A stretch of DNA of 64,000 bases. Origin: Podarcis muralis. Its lineage: Eukaryota. Below, in pieces: positions 25,201 to 40,000 of the stretch (its first letter is position 1; every line of letters starts with the position of its first letter). Where the stretch lies: NCBI RefSeq assembly GCF_964188315.1, contig NC_135660.1, positions 39,928,001 to 39,992,000 of the forward strand. The letters are read 5' to 3'. The position numbers were made by a program, and so were the translations under genes. The notes under the pieces were generated by a model that had not been told where the DNA came from, did not search any database, and saw only the letters and a program-made list of their open reading frames with translations.

Positions 25201-28200
25201 TTTCCCTACCCTATAAAGGACCAGTATATCTCACTGGAGGAAGAATAGGCTAGTAGTAGATCACTTACTTTGCATGCAGACTTAATACCATATCCTCAAT
25301 ACATATTTTTTTCTTTTTTAAAATGTATTTTTGTATATGGTTTCCCTGCCATATGAAGCCTCCTGTAGTATTAATAATAGTTGGTGTTAATTAATTGTAT
25401 TGTTTTAGTGTTCCTGATAATTCGGTTACTCTGTTAATTTTGCTGTTTTTAGTTAGGTCTACACAATTACAGTTTCCCCTCTTTCATTGCTTGTTAGTTT
25501 AAATCTGTTTTAGCTGAAAGTGTAATAGGCACCTCTACTTCAGCTAATTACAAGCCTCCAATTGCCTTCGGAATGGCTGGGAAAGCTTTGGGCACTTGGG
25601 GGAGGAATGGGACAAAAGACACAGGACAGCTGGGAATGTTGTGAGTACATATTAGACAAAAGGCATCCTCTCCAACTAATTCTCCAACTAGCCATGCTTC
25701 CTTAGGCCACACTGGACAATTTGTCCCACATAACAGCAGGGACTTTTAATTGCATAGCATCTCAGACCTATAAATTTAGGCATTTGGTACAGCAGCAGTC
25801 ATACCCAAGAGCTAGAAAGCTTCAGCTTTCAGTGTATATAAAACTGCCGTTTAGAACTTGTCATTTTCATATTGGGTAGAAAAGACATTTAATTTTGTAA
25901 AATATTGAAATAAACTTCTGAGCAGGGTATGAATGCTACCAACAATAAAGTGTGTAGAAAGTTCACAAGAACTCTCTCATTGGCTTTTTGAAGGATTTGT
26001 TTGCAGTTAGGAGTCTGGACATTTTGCACAATCTCTAATCTAACCAGAGCCTTGTTTTAATGCTTTCCCATTCATTATATGAGAACAAAAAACCCATAGT
26101 GGCATTACTGATGGGTAGATTTTAGAACAAATCAAAATAAATCTGTTGTTAGAGCTCTTAATATCACTTGGCTCAATATCCTAGGTTGACTGTGTGTATG
26201 CAGTTTAACTATGAAATAAAGATGTCCAACTTGCATTGTCTTAGATTAAGAAACATCAGGAGAATAATGTGCCTATGGCAAGTTCTTCAGTCGCTCAACT
26301 ACCCCAGAGTAGCTTTTCCCAACCTTGATTCCCCAGGTGTTTCTGGACTACAACTCCCATCATCCTTAGCCTGCAGAGTTGGTAGTCAGGGTTTATAGGA
26401 GTTGTAATCCAACAACATCTGGGGAACCAAGGTTGGGGAAATCTGTGCTAGAGTTAAGAACTTTAATAATGTTTCAAAGTTAGGACATCTGGAAGACTTG
26501 AATAGACTCCTTCAGTGCTCATAATTTCCATAAACCACATAGCATCAAAGCACAGAGAACCATTTTTAAAGTGTTTTGGAAGATGTGGTCTCTGGCACAG
26601 GATTTTTTATTTTGGTCACCTGGAAAGGCCCTAGGTTTATTTCCCTTTTGTTGCTCAATTGCAAAGCTTGGTTCTCTACCTTCTCCTGCATCTGTTGAAA
26701 TAGTCTCCTGTCTTCAGAAACCTTTAAGTCAGAATGAAACAGTCATTATTTGCTATCCTCCTCTTCTGTTAGTATCTCAGGGAGTTAAGAGCACCAGACT
26801 ATTCTCTTACCTTACAGGTCATTACTCCATGTCGGAAACTCATCTTGTGTGCAGATAATAGAAAAGAAATGGAGGACTGGATTGCAGCACTGAAGACTGT
26901 ACAGAACCGTGAACATTTTGAGGTAATGAAATAGGTTAGGTATAGATGTGTATCTGCCCTTTATTTTTAAATGCAGTGACAGCCTCACCCCCAACGCATA
27001 CACTGTTTACTGTTCATATGTGCTGCTTGTTTCAGCAGTTATAATTAAATATTCTCTGAAGTCAGTGGTCATCAGAACATGTATATAAACTGTCTGAATT
27101 TAAAGTGATTGCTCACTTTAGTCATTCAGGCCTTGTCATCATGAGTAATCCAAGATCAGGAAAGAAAGTTGCACTTTCCCATAAGTGAGTAGTACGTGGA
27201 GTGATGTCTTCAATTTTGCAAGAGTACAAACAGTAAAGTAGGTGGACTGTGATTAGTACAGTTATGATAAAGAGTTGGAACTTCAAAAGTACTATTTTTA
27301 TTTTGGAAACCACCACTTCTAAGGTACAGATGTGATTTTGTAATGGCTGCTGTTTTTTTGGAGTGTCCTCGGTGGAAAAAATTATAGATTGATAAATAAA
27401 AATCAAAAACATTCATAAAAAATTAAATTTACATAAATTAAAAAACAGTAAACACACACAAAAAACTCCAAGCAGATAAATGCCATGAGAATTCAGGTCT
27501 TAAAATACTTAAGATAGTAAAAATGTTTAACGTGTATGAGAAAGAATACAATATTTGAATATTGTGTATTGACACCATTTCTCACTATTAATATGGGCAA
27601 AACTAGGCAAGACTCCATGCATGCAGTTAGCAAATTGCAGGTGCAGAGTACCTGATCCATTTCAGAACCTCGATATGGGGGTTAGGTGCCTTTGCCCCAC
27701 TCTGCAGTACATGTCAGGGCTGGTGCCCTAATGCCTGCCATTTGCAAGAAAGGAGATTCCGACTAAAGATTAGGAAGAACTTTCTAATGATAAGAGCTGT
27801 TCTACAGTGGACTGGACTGCTTTGGAAGGTGGTGGACTTAGCTGTCAGCTGCGATTCCTGCATCGCAGGGGGTTGGACTAGATTAGCTTTTGGGTCCCTT
27901 CCAGCGCTACATTTCTATGATTCTATTATCTTTCTTGCTTGCAGCTGGCAAAATTTTGAATTACCAATCCAGACCATTTCAAGCCGATTTTACTCCACAG
28001 TTCTATGCAAAAATGCTTGGTGGACATTTCATTTACATTTCTTACAGCCTCCAGACTACATTCCTCTCATTGTGCTTGTACCGTGTGGGATGAAGTTTAC
28101 CATTTCACCCCTTGATGTACTTTTCAGATTGTTGCTTATTTCCCCACCCCCACATACAGCAGGGCATTCTTGTTCCTCTGTTCTTCCGTGGTTACAATGC

Positions 28201-31200
28201 TCCACAGATTATACAGGTGTAGATTCTGCCTCAGAAATATATAGTTTGCACAATTTAATATCTCTATCAATGTCCCATTGGGATGTCATCTTCATTTGTT
28301 TACCATAAATTCATTTTCAGTCTACACAGTACAGTATGGACCATTTCTCAGGGATGCATAACTGGTACGCCTGTTCGCATGCTCGGCCAACTTACTGCAA
28401 TGTGTGTCGGGAGGCATTATCTGGAGTCACGTCCCACGGACTCTCCTGCGAAGGTAAAATCCTTTCATTATTTTGTGCTTGGAACATAAAGCTGTTAGGC
28501 TTCCAAGAAGGCATTGGTCAGACTCGCACCCCATTGGTTGGTCACCATTCCAAGACGGGAATAACCGTATGATCCTGAAATGTTCTCTGCCAGACTTTGA
28601 CATCTTGCAAATGAAATAGGCCTTGATCTAAAAATCCTGCTTATGCAATGACTGAGAAAAATTATACCAAAACAGGATTAGCTACAGTACAAAATAAAAC
28701 TGGTTAGGTTTGATTCTACATTTATTGTGCTTCATGACTTTTGTTAAATTATAGGAGCTAAGAACCTTATGAATGAGAAAGATGACTTCTTTTTTAAAAA
28801 ATTATCTAAACTTTGTTGGCATATATAAAAGATTCCAGGAGGGTTCAGTACAATAAAATCAGTAATCAAAAAACCTGCATCTAACATTTAAGTTACTGTT
28901 ATATAACATTCACAAATCTTCATTGCGTGTCACAGAAACCTGGCTACTAAAGATAACTGTGGTTGGGCTTTGTGGTCAGAAACCTCTCTCAGGTTAGGTT
29001 TTTTAATAAACGTAGATCCTTAGAGGGTGTTTCATGATATAAGGGGAGAAATACATCTAAGATCCACAATTAAATTCAGGAATATTTTAGAAATATGACA
29101 TTAATTATTTTTTCTCTGCAGGTAATTCATCAACATAACTATTCCCTACTGGATTGTTTTAGAATATTTTTCAGAAAATATGTCTGATTCAAATAAAATT
29201 ATCTGTAGTTTGATAATGTGTATGTAATGTTTCCTGAGGATAATTAATTCCTAATTAGAACAGGTTTAAGATTTCCTGTACATGTCTTGTTTAGATTAGA
29301 TTGGTAAGTGATGCTAAAAGCAGAAGAAAAGAAATGGGTTTTATAACACTGGGTTTTGTGTAGATTTAAATGGAGTGTTCGCTCAGCTCACCTCATATCT
29401 ACTCTTCTCTTTCTTCCTTTCCCTCTCCTCCTGGCTTTTCTAGTCTGCAAATTTAAAGCCCACAAGAGGTGTGCTGTCCGGGCAACTAATAACTGCAAAT
29501 GGACAACACTGGCATCTATTGGGAAGGATATCATTGAGGATGAAGACGGGGTACGTATGAGGCCATTTCTCATGTGGGGAAGGTTAACAGGCATATAGAA
29601 GGCATTTCACATGCACCTCTGCTTCTGCTAAGATTCTCTAGAGACTTCAGAGAGGAACATGTATACTTACTTTTAAAGTACGGGGGGGGGGGTTATTGGG
29701 TTTGTTTTTATTTTGATTATATATGTTGTGGCTTTATATTTTGATTTTGTTCTGCGAGCTGCCCTGAGACCTCCAGGTATAGGGCGGTATACAAATTCAA
29801 TAAATATTAATAATAATAAAGAAATGGGAAGGGTGAGTGTTGCTCTATATTTCAAAGAGGACATAGAGTCTAGTAACGGCCCTATAACGAAAGTGATTCA
29901 TTTTCTGCTTGTTTGCAGATTTCAATGCCACACCAGTGGCTTGAAGGAAACCTGCCTGTGAGTGCCAAATGCACAGTGTGTGATAAAACATGTGGCAGTG
30001 TACTGCGCTTGCAAGACTGGCGCTGTCTCTGGTGCAAAGCAATGGTCAGTTAATGTTGCAATGCTGTTCAGTTTTATTCCCATTTTCTGCACTGTGCCTG
30101 TGTATTCTGATAATGCTACTATGTAAGGAGAAAGTTTCAGAGGCATCCCACTGATTTTTTTTCTTCTAATTAGATTCCAACTAAAATAAGCCAGCTGTTA
30201 GATATTTTTAAAAGATTTTATGCTGCTTTTGCCAATTACCAGTCTTTTACATAGTCGTGGATAAGCATAGCAAAATGTGTAGCCATCTATAGGCTCTTTA
30301 TCCACTGATTCTAAGATGGGTAGAAATGTCGGTGATGTCGGTCATGATGTTGCCACAGCAGCCTAAGGAAATTTCACTATGTTGAATAAACAGAATTAGA
30401 TTAACAGAGATTGCTTGCTTACTGGTCCTTTGCCAGAAAATAAAGGTCACATCTGAAAGCAATAATAAATGTATTATGGATCTTTCTGATGCAGAATGTA
30501 GAGTCCTAAATATATGCTCTTCTTGTATCCTGGGAATCGCTTATTAACAAGCCGTATATTATTTTGGCAAGGCCTGCCTTTCCTTGACAGTCAAGCAGAA
30601 TAGCACTGAATTATTTTGGATACTTCACTGATTCTTAAGTGTAAATCCTAAGGATAATGAATTTCTTGGCACTCTACATGCACATGAGTGTGTGTGGAAA
30701 ATGTATTTGAAATGTAAGCAAATAGCCAGAAAGGCATAAGATATCCAGATAAACCATTTGGCCTCTGATGTTTTATAGTTGTTCACAGAATTATTTAAGG
30801 AAAATGATATGCAATTAACTGCAAAACTTTTGAAAAAACCTTGGGCCTTTGTGAAAGATCAGTTGTTTTTCTGTGCCTGTTTTAGGTACTGCTCTCATTA
30901 TTTATTCTTGTCGACTGTAGAATTTCTTGTTTATGCCTACATTTTCATCAGTGTTTCCAGTTTAAAAAACCTACTCTTCACCAATCTCTTGATCCATAAG
31001 TCAGTATTCTTAGGATACTTTCAGAATCAAGTGTCCCAAGTATTGTAAGAAGGGAACTAATTTTATATTCCTTTGAGCTGGATAGACTAAGGGTTGATAC
31101 AACGATTTCATCCTGTGTTATGCACACAGGTTTGTAAATGCATGCAAACAAAACACTACAGGGCTAAAGCCTGTTCAGATATAATGGCCCTGCTTTGGGA

Positions 31201-34200
31201 ACTCCCACCCTGCTCCTTTCCTTGTGTGCTTGCTTTGGCAGGTTTTGTGTTATGTCCCAACTGGAAACTGTGGTTTAATTTTGGACTTGTAACCACTGTG
31301 TTTCACAGATCATGGACTGGACTCCCAAGGTTAAACTAGTTTGTGATTTCAGTGTATATTTCTTTTCCTTTCCATTCCTGTGAATTTCTTCTTCATTAAA
31401 ACACCTGAATAGAAGCAAAACTTTAGCTAATATATTTTCCTCCCAGGTACATACCTCATGCAGAGACTTGTTACCAACCAAATGCCCGCTTGGCCTTTGC
31501 AAAGTTTCTGTCATCCCTCCTACAGCGCTCAACAGCATTGATTCGGATGGTAGGTATCAGCTAATGCTTTTCAGTGTTTGTTTCACACCTTGCCAATCAA
31601 GCAAATAGCTCAGAAAACCAACATTGGCATAACGCAGTTATTCTCATTATAGCACCTAATACTCATTATGTGCACCATAATCTTTTTCTCTTTCCTTCTT
31701 CCTTGTTTCGTTCCTTATCTTCTTTCTTACATTCACAAAGACGGGAGACCTAGACTGCAAATTTGTAGAGCTCAAATTTAGTATAGGTGTTGTCACACTA
31801 AGATATTGGAACAACGGTTAGGTACTTGTAAAAGTGCAAGGTCCGCAGATCAAAGCAGTCAAATAACTACATTGGGGCAATGCAATCCATGGCCACTAAC
31901 CGTTAAAGACTTTATATGTCATTAGTAAATCCTTGAACTTGGCCCAGTAACAAAGCAGCAGCCTGTGCAGATCTTTGAGCAGGAATGTCATATGCTGAGA
32001 GAATCTCAATCCTATCAGCCACCATGCTGCAACATTCTGTACTAAATGCAACCTAGTGCAGCCACTATGCTAATAATGAACCCATTCTCCAAATCTTAAA
32101 AGTCAGAATTAAAATGTCACCATTGGAATATTTCGATTTTTAAAAAAAGGAATAAAAAAACAGTTAGTGAATTGAAACAGCCATGTAGTTCCATGTAATA
32201 TTCTGGTTAAAGATCACTTAAAGACCTGCAGACTGTTAGCCACCCTGTGGTAATAGAGCTCAATTATTCTTAATTTTTGCTTTTCCCTCTCAGGGTTCTG
32301 GAAAGCCACTTGTCCCCCTTCTTGCACAAGCCCTTTGCTGGTCTTTGTTAACTCAAAAAGTGGAGACAACCAGGGAGTAAAGTTCCTACGAAGGTTCAAA
32401 CAACTTCTGAATCCTGCACAGGTCTTTGATCTTATGAATGGAGGACCTCACCTCGGGTAAGAGACGCTCTCTTGATGTACAGATGCCTGCAAATACTTAG
32501 AGTGGCCCCAGGCATGAGGGACAGAGCATAAGCTTATATAATGTGGCAACATTGGAGAAAAAGAATGTGTATACAGTGAAACCTCGGTTGTCGAACGTAA
32601 TCCGTTCCGGAAAACTGTTTGACTTCCAAAACATTTGACAACCGAGGCACGGCTTCCAATTGGTTGCAAGAGCTGCTTGCACTCAAGTGGAAGTCACGTT
32701 GGATGTTTGGTTTCCGAAAAACATTCGAAACCGGAGCATTTTCTTCCGGGTTTTCGGCGTTCGAGAGCCGAAATGTTTGAAAACGGTGCCATTCAAGAAC
32801 TGAGGTTTGACTGTATTACTTGAGGAGGAGGGATCAGAGAGAATCCTAATGCTCACAGGGTGGGTGCTCTCTATAATGTAGGTATAGAATATAACCTCTA
32901 ATGTATCCATCTGTGATTGGTGCCAATATTCTCAAAATCTGGGGTGTAGTATCTGTTGTATATCCACATTGATTAACATTCATGTATCCATGCTTTTGTT
33001 GCTGCTTTCAACAAAAGTTAGGCTGCTGTTCTCAGTAAGCTTGTGATATATGAGGATTTCATTTCATTTTATAAGTAGATTTGGAAGCTACTATATCCGG
33101 GGATGTCTTCTCCACTTAGGATTGTTTTGTTCCTTGCATGAAAATTATATTGAAAGTCTTGATGCCTGAGTGTTGTACGATAGGTCTGCAACTTAAGTTG
33201 GAGTTACATTCTGGGGCTCTTGCCTAAAGCCAAAATGCATAATGTCAGAACCCACTGGATTCAATGGTGGGTGGGATTGCCAAAGTCATTTTTCTTGGAA
33301 CCCCACCCCCTTTTAAATCTTTTTTTTTTTTTTTTTGCCATGTGCATACAGCTAAATGTGCACAAGTTAAATGCACACAAGTTGCAGACTTACTGTAATT
33401 TATGCTTCTCTGTGTCTTTGAATAAGAACACATTTAAAGTTTAGACAGCTGCCTTATTAGGTCAGACTATTTGTCCATCTAATCCACTATTGCCTACTCT
33501 GACTGGCAGTGACTCTTTAGGATTTGGGGCATAGGTCCTTCACATTACCAGCTATTTGCTGCTTTAACTGGTGATGCCAGATGAGTGAGCCTAGAGACTT
33601 CTTGATGTAAACACATGCTCAACCACTTAGCTAGGGTCTCAAAATATATGTGTTCATTCTGTTACATTTACTTCAGGCATACGGTACCCCTTACAAAGCT
33701 CCATAGAACCTTTCATTTATTTGTTGAATTGCAAACCACTCTCTGTGGTTCTTTGTTCTGGGAAGATAGCATCTGCTTTAAAAACCCAAATACTCTAGTA
33801 CCCAAACTTATGTCTTTGTGTTGCATAGATGGCTAACTGGTACACTGCTGTTACTTTGCCCCTGCAAATACAGATTCTGATTAATTTGAAATCCAACAAA
33901 AGTCTTTATTACTCCTGTCGAATAGATTTTAGTTGTTAAACTCTCTCATGTTTTAATAATACATTACAGCAGATATACCTTTTTTTCCTGTGCAGTTTAC
34001 GTTTATTCCAGAAATTCGACACCTTCCGAATTCTGGTATGTGGTGGGGATGGAAGCGTTGGATGGGTTCTCTCTGAAATTGACAGCCTTAGTCTCCATAA
34101 ACAGGTAATTTCTCTAAGTTGCCATTCTACATGTGTATTGGCTAAATGACAAAAGAGAGCAAGGAGGAACTTATGAAATACAATTTTGCCTAGAATAACA

Positions 34201-37006
34201 AAATATCTAAGACTGAAAGTTTGCATGACAAACATGGGATTCCCAACTCGGTGTTTACTGAATGTGAGTAAGGTTCATCTGCAAGAGAGCAGCAGTGGGT
34301 GTTGCCCCCACCTAGTGTTTATCACAATATCTTCCCCCAGCCAAATATCTTTCCGGTCTCAGGAAGTCTTAAAGGGTATAGTCTTTTATGTATTTGTTTG
34401 CTTAGGGCTGGTTCACAAGGCCCTGTTTAAGTCCAGCATAGCAACTGTTCCGCATAGCAACTCATTCATGTGTAGATGTTCACCATGCATAACTTTCAGC
34501 TTTCACTATGCCGCTGCAGTCTTCCAACCCTTCATTCCAATTCACAGTTTCATGGCACAAACCATGTAGAGTAGCCTCTGTGCAGGCAGTTTTGAAGTTA
34601 TCGTTGGGCTGATACTTGATCATATAAATCATGCCTAGTTCTTGAAATAGCTATTTGCTTGGAATGGAAGTATTGCCTTTATGATAACAAATAATTCTTG
34701 TTTCAAAATGGCAATAGCACCACTTTGTGGTTAACTGAAATACTGATCTTTAACAAAGCCTTCAACTATTGTTCAGTGTCATTGCTGTAACTGAACTCTG
34801 TTTCTCACACTTTGACTTTTTAGAAACAGATTTCTTATCAGCTATTTTTGACTGTTGCCAGCCCTACATTGCATCCTTGTTGTTGTTATTGTTGTAAACT
34901 CCAGCAACATACACAGTGGGTCTCCATATTTTTTAAAAAAGGCCTGTAGATGCTGAAAGGCAAGATTTGAAGAAAAAGTAGATTTTAAATAATTGCTTTG
35001 AATAGGAATAAGCCACCATTCCTTGTAATGGAAAGCTGGGGAAATATATATATATATTTAATGGGTAGGAATTCTTAAATAAGGATTTGGGGTGTGGCGA
35101 CTCCAATCTGCAAAAAATAAAACAACAAAATAATTTGAAAATGGTGAAACAATATGGGTGAAATATTAACGACATACCGGTAGTTTCTTTTTAACTGGAC
35201 TCTTTACTGTGTAATTTTCTCACATCGTCTTTACTGTAAGAAATCAACTAGAAAACATTCAGTGGTCAGAGTTGGTGTGGGCAGTGAATCCCTTTGGGCT
35301 AGTCTTATTTTTATTCTCCCCTTCCTATGTAGTGCCAGTTGGGAGTGTTGCCCTTGGGCACAGGCAATGATCTTGCCCGTGTGCTAGGCTGGGGATCTGC
35401 TTGTGATGATGACACTCAACTTCCTCAGATACTGGAAAAGCTGGAAAGGGCCAGTACCAAAATGCTTGACAGGTAGGTGCTGTTCTATGATTCTGCTCCT
35501 GTTCCCTAAGACAGTGATAGTCAGAATCACCAAATGTGCACATGGAAGTCCCTTGCACTTCTGGAGCTTTAGTGCTAGATATGGCCCAAAGTCTGAAGTT
35601 TTTGTCAGTGGGTCTGTTTTACTCTGCCCTGAGTCTGTTTAATGGGTTGTGGGTGTTTAACAAGCTGTGTGCTAAAGCAGTGGAAACGAGGAAGGCATCT
35701 CTGAAAGATTTTTGTATGGCATTCTTTTAACAGCAGCTGTTTTCTGTATCAGTCAATATAGTAATAACTATGCTGAATAGTTCCTCCTATGTATCCCAGG
35801 ATTCCCTAATTTTAGGAGGAGTTGCTTTTCAGGAACGTTGCTCTCCTTCCTTCCCAATAGTTTAAGAGTATTTTTGTGAGTTTGAAGAGATGAGATTTGT
35901 CTCTGTGTGAAGGCATCCTGCTGGCCCTGCCTCATTGCACATGTTGCACCTGAACAAAAAAAAAAGTCAAAAGGATCAATTTCCTCTGTTCATTTTTAAT
36001 ACAGAGATGTAAGAAGCGAAAGTGTGTTCCTTCTAGAATCATCTGCCTTAAGCATCCACTTCCTGTTGCTTCTTCATAAACAACGTGTGCCCTTTTAAGG
36101 GTATTTAATTTGTATTAAATGCTGTGGTGTCTCTTTTTCAATAGGTGGAGCATTATGGTGTATGAAACAAAACTTCCTCGACAAGCATCTGCTTCTACAG
36201 TCACTGAAGATTTCAGTGAAGATTCTGAGGTAGTTGTATACATTGGGGGGACCATGAAAATGAACTAAAAAAAGTTAGATGGTAGCAGAGCAAAACACCT
36301 ATGAGATAGATACATGGGAAATAGCTCTAAGGGGAGGCATGGCTTCTATACTCAGATATGTAGAAAGGACTCAGAGAGACTAAAAACTAAAGCATTCTCC
36401 AGATTAAAAAATATTTTAAATTGTTTTCATAGCTCAAACTAATGTTAAGTTTTACTGCAATCATTTACCTTGTCTGATGCCACAGTGAAGTGAATACCAA
36501 GTTGCTTGACTTTTTTGTATGTTTTGTGAGTGCTCACTGTAGAGTAAACTGAAATCATGGCTACACCTTTATGGGGAGCCAAGAATACAGCATGTACTGC
36601 TCCATGTTGACCCTGTGATGTGCAAGTCCAGATGAGGTGATAACAATTATCCATTTCTGACTATGACAAGGTGCAGCAGATTCTCTTCTATGAAGATTCT
36701 GTGGCTGCTCATTTATCCAAAATCTTGACATCCGACCAACACTCAGTGGTCATTTCATCAGCCAAGTAAGTACTCCAGAGATAGGTGGTACAAAGAAGTC
36801 TGCTATATTATGCGTGTTGGGGAAATAATTATTGCATATCTGTTCTATTTCACTTAGGGTGCTCTGTGAGACTGTGAAGGATTTTGTGGCTCGAGTAGGG
36901 AAAGCCTACGAGAAAGCACCAGAAAGCTCTGAGGAGTCAGAAGTCATGGCCAGAAAGGTATTTGGGGGGAAAGGAAATTCAAATTTCTCTCCCTCCCTCT
37001 CTCTCC

Positions 37007-37059
<53 letters not shown>

Positions 37060-40000
37060 TATACAATTTCTATAAAACTTTATGCTTTCTACTTGCAGTG
37101 CTCTGTTTTGAAAGAGAAGCTTGACTCCCTTCTGAAAACACTGAATGAAGAATCTCAAGCTTTGTCATCTTTGCCAAACCCGCCTCCTACTATAGCAGAA
37201 GAGACAGAAGATGGCGACGGTTCAGGCAGCGCTTGTGATTCTTCTAGTGAGCGTTCAGTAGGCTCCTCTTGCACTGCCCGTCCTCAGATATTTCGTCCAC
37301 GTGAGCAATTGATGTTGAGAGCCAACAGTCTGAAAAAAGCTATTCGTCAGATTATAGAGCATGCAGAAAAAGGTAAGGACTAGAAAATCCTGAGTGCGCC
37401 TCAAGTGCTATATGAAAGGAAATATGCTGCTGTATTATCAAGACATACAAGAATTGGGATTCAACTACTGCATTTTTAAATAGGCTGTATAATTCTTTTA
37501 AAAGTCAGAAATGAATTCTGTAGACTATGTAGGGTTTTCACCATGAAGCTACCATTTTTTCTGATGTCAAAAGCTTTTCAGAAATAAGAAAAACATTTAT
37601 CAGATCACCTTTTCAAACATGTTAGCTGACTGACCATGTTCACCTGTCATGCTAAGTCATAAACAAGCAGCATAGTAGTGCATGCAACTGAATGACTCCC
37701 ATTTCACTCTGTTCAAATTGGGAGTAACAAACCAATAGTTTATTGTAACATGTGAATCAGTGCTTATGGTTTTTCCTTTCTTTCAGTTGTGCATACATAC
37801 ATGCATAATTTTATTTGTATGCTGGCTTTCTGTAGCTAAAACCATGCTCTGTGGTTTTTTGGGGGGTCTATTTTATTTTACTCTATTCTACATATTTGGA
37901 GTATGTGTTTTATGTGCTTCCGATTTTGTTCCCTTTTGTTTTGTGATGGTCATTGACCTTAACAATAAATATTTGAAAACTAAGGAACTGTATTTCTAAG
38001 CTTGGCTTAGGACCAGGTTCATATGACTTTTTCTGTCATCACACAGAGGGTAAATAAGCAGAATAAATCCTTTTGTTCCTTTAGTGTCCTTTATTTGTTT
38101 TTCATTTTTAGTATCATTTGTTTGGTTACCAAATGCTTCTTGCAAATAAAGGCAGGTCTTCTGCAAATGGCTTTGGTCACATGAGAAATATATCCTTGGA
38201 AGTGCAACCATTGCGCCTTTTTCCATATTAGCAGAACCATTTTAATTTTGATTAGAAAGGCTCCTATCTCGTCCTGCAAGTCTTCCTTATCTTCATTCTT
38301 GAACATAGATGTAGTTTGTGGGCAGGAACTACAGTGTGAAATGTACAAGTCAGCTGAATTACTCTAAAGTAATCTTTTATATTGGTACAGTGGAACCTCA
38401 CTTGTCAAACGCTTCAGAAGCTGAACAATTCGGAAGCCGAACACTGACAACCCGGAAGTGAATGCTTCCGTTTTTGAACAGACCTCGGAAGTTGAACGGC
38501 TTCAGAGACACATTTCTCCATTTTTTAAAAGGAAATTGCTGACCAGCAATTGTGCCTCAGTTGTTAAATGTTTTGGAAGTCGAATGGTCTTATGGAACGG
38601 ATTGTGTTCAACAACCGAGGTTCCACTGTAGTTACAGTAGTCATTTGACTTCTGTTATTTATAAACAATACTGAAGTTACATTGTGACATTGAAGTTGAG
38701 TGGATCATGATGCACTTTCATCAGAACATGGGTTACAGATGCTTTGCTGTGTAAATTTTATATCCAGATTGGTTATCTATGTTGAGAAAAGATATGTGAA
38801 TAGGAAGAATTTTAATACTTGTTCATGGGTCTTTCGTAAAGAAGCTATGTTTATAACCGCTCTCTACAAATATACCTTGACAGCTCCACTTAGCATTTTA
38901 TGGTGTGCCTAGACTGTCAGCAATTCTCCAGTGTTGTCCCTGTCAGTTAGTAGATTGTAACCCAAGTGCTTTACTGAAACATGGTGTGTTCCGAACAGTC
39001 TAAAGTTCTTTTGGTTCTTTTTGTTGTTTGTTACATCAGGTGTTGCAAAAATGAGATGAGCAGTGGCCTGTGTGTTTTGATGTTTACAGAATCTGGGAAA
39101 GCCATTTGATGAAGGTTCTAGGATGAAAATGTAATAGTGTTGCTGTCTTCCACTTACCCAGTTCCCTACCTCAGCACAGTGTGATATAAGTACCAAGCAA
39201 GTCTGTCTGACTCTGTTACTGTTTTACTGTTTAGCTGTAGATGAACAGAACGCTCAAACCCAAGAACAGGAGAGCTTCCTCTTGGGTCTCTCTACCGCTG
39301 AAGAGGGAAAGGACTTAAGGAATGAAAATAAAATCTCCTTACAGTCTTCGCACACTGGCAACTATGGATTTCCAAAAGGGAGGAGCCATCGGAAAGGTAA
39401 AAACCTAGTTAACCTTTGTTGAAGGCAGCATCTTTATGTGTGTCTTTCTGGCGTCGCCTTGGAATTTGTAATATTTCCATGGCCCTGGGTCTGAGATCTT
39501 GCTCCAAGTGTTACACCATCCCTTATCAGTTGGATAGTGAGATAAGCAAAGGATGACATACAGCTTTAAATTCTCAGTTTTTATGCTGTTTTAGCAATAG
39601 ATCATCTCAGCCTAGAGTTCCTGAACCACCTTGTAGTTGTTATTATGACCTTAGGTATAGGGCTAGGAGCTAAGCTATTAGGATCCAGGATTTGCAGTAC
39701 ATAGTTTAGTAGCAGCTGTTAATCAGCTCAGCTGTGTTTCTCCCTGAAATACTATTGACTCACTTTATTCTGAATAACCATAAATAATTTTAAAATGCAT
39801 TGGTCAGTAGGGCAAAGGAAGCTACAGAAGTTAGAAAAAGCTTATTTTCAAAAGCATCAAAATTTCACAAAGTCTGTGGAATTCTAAATATATATAACAA
39901 ACTTAAGTAATTAATAGTTCTTTCATATGTCCCTTTGTTTCATTAAAAGCATAACTTAATATAGTTTGCAAAAGAACCCATTATTTAGTTTTTAATAGAA

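Noticed and set aside
27742-28308. 188-aa ORF
   Set aside because: Begins in a CR1 fragment and runs into ordinary intron; chance read-through
36005-36100. 96-nt AG...GT segment with an in-frame stop (poison-exon-like) in intron 11
   Set aside because: Would leave only a 44-nt intron before exon 12, too short for normal vertebrate splicing
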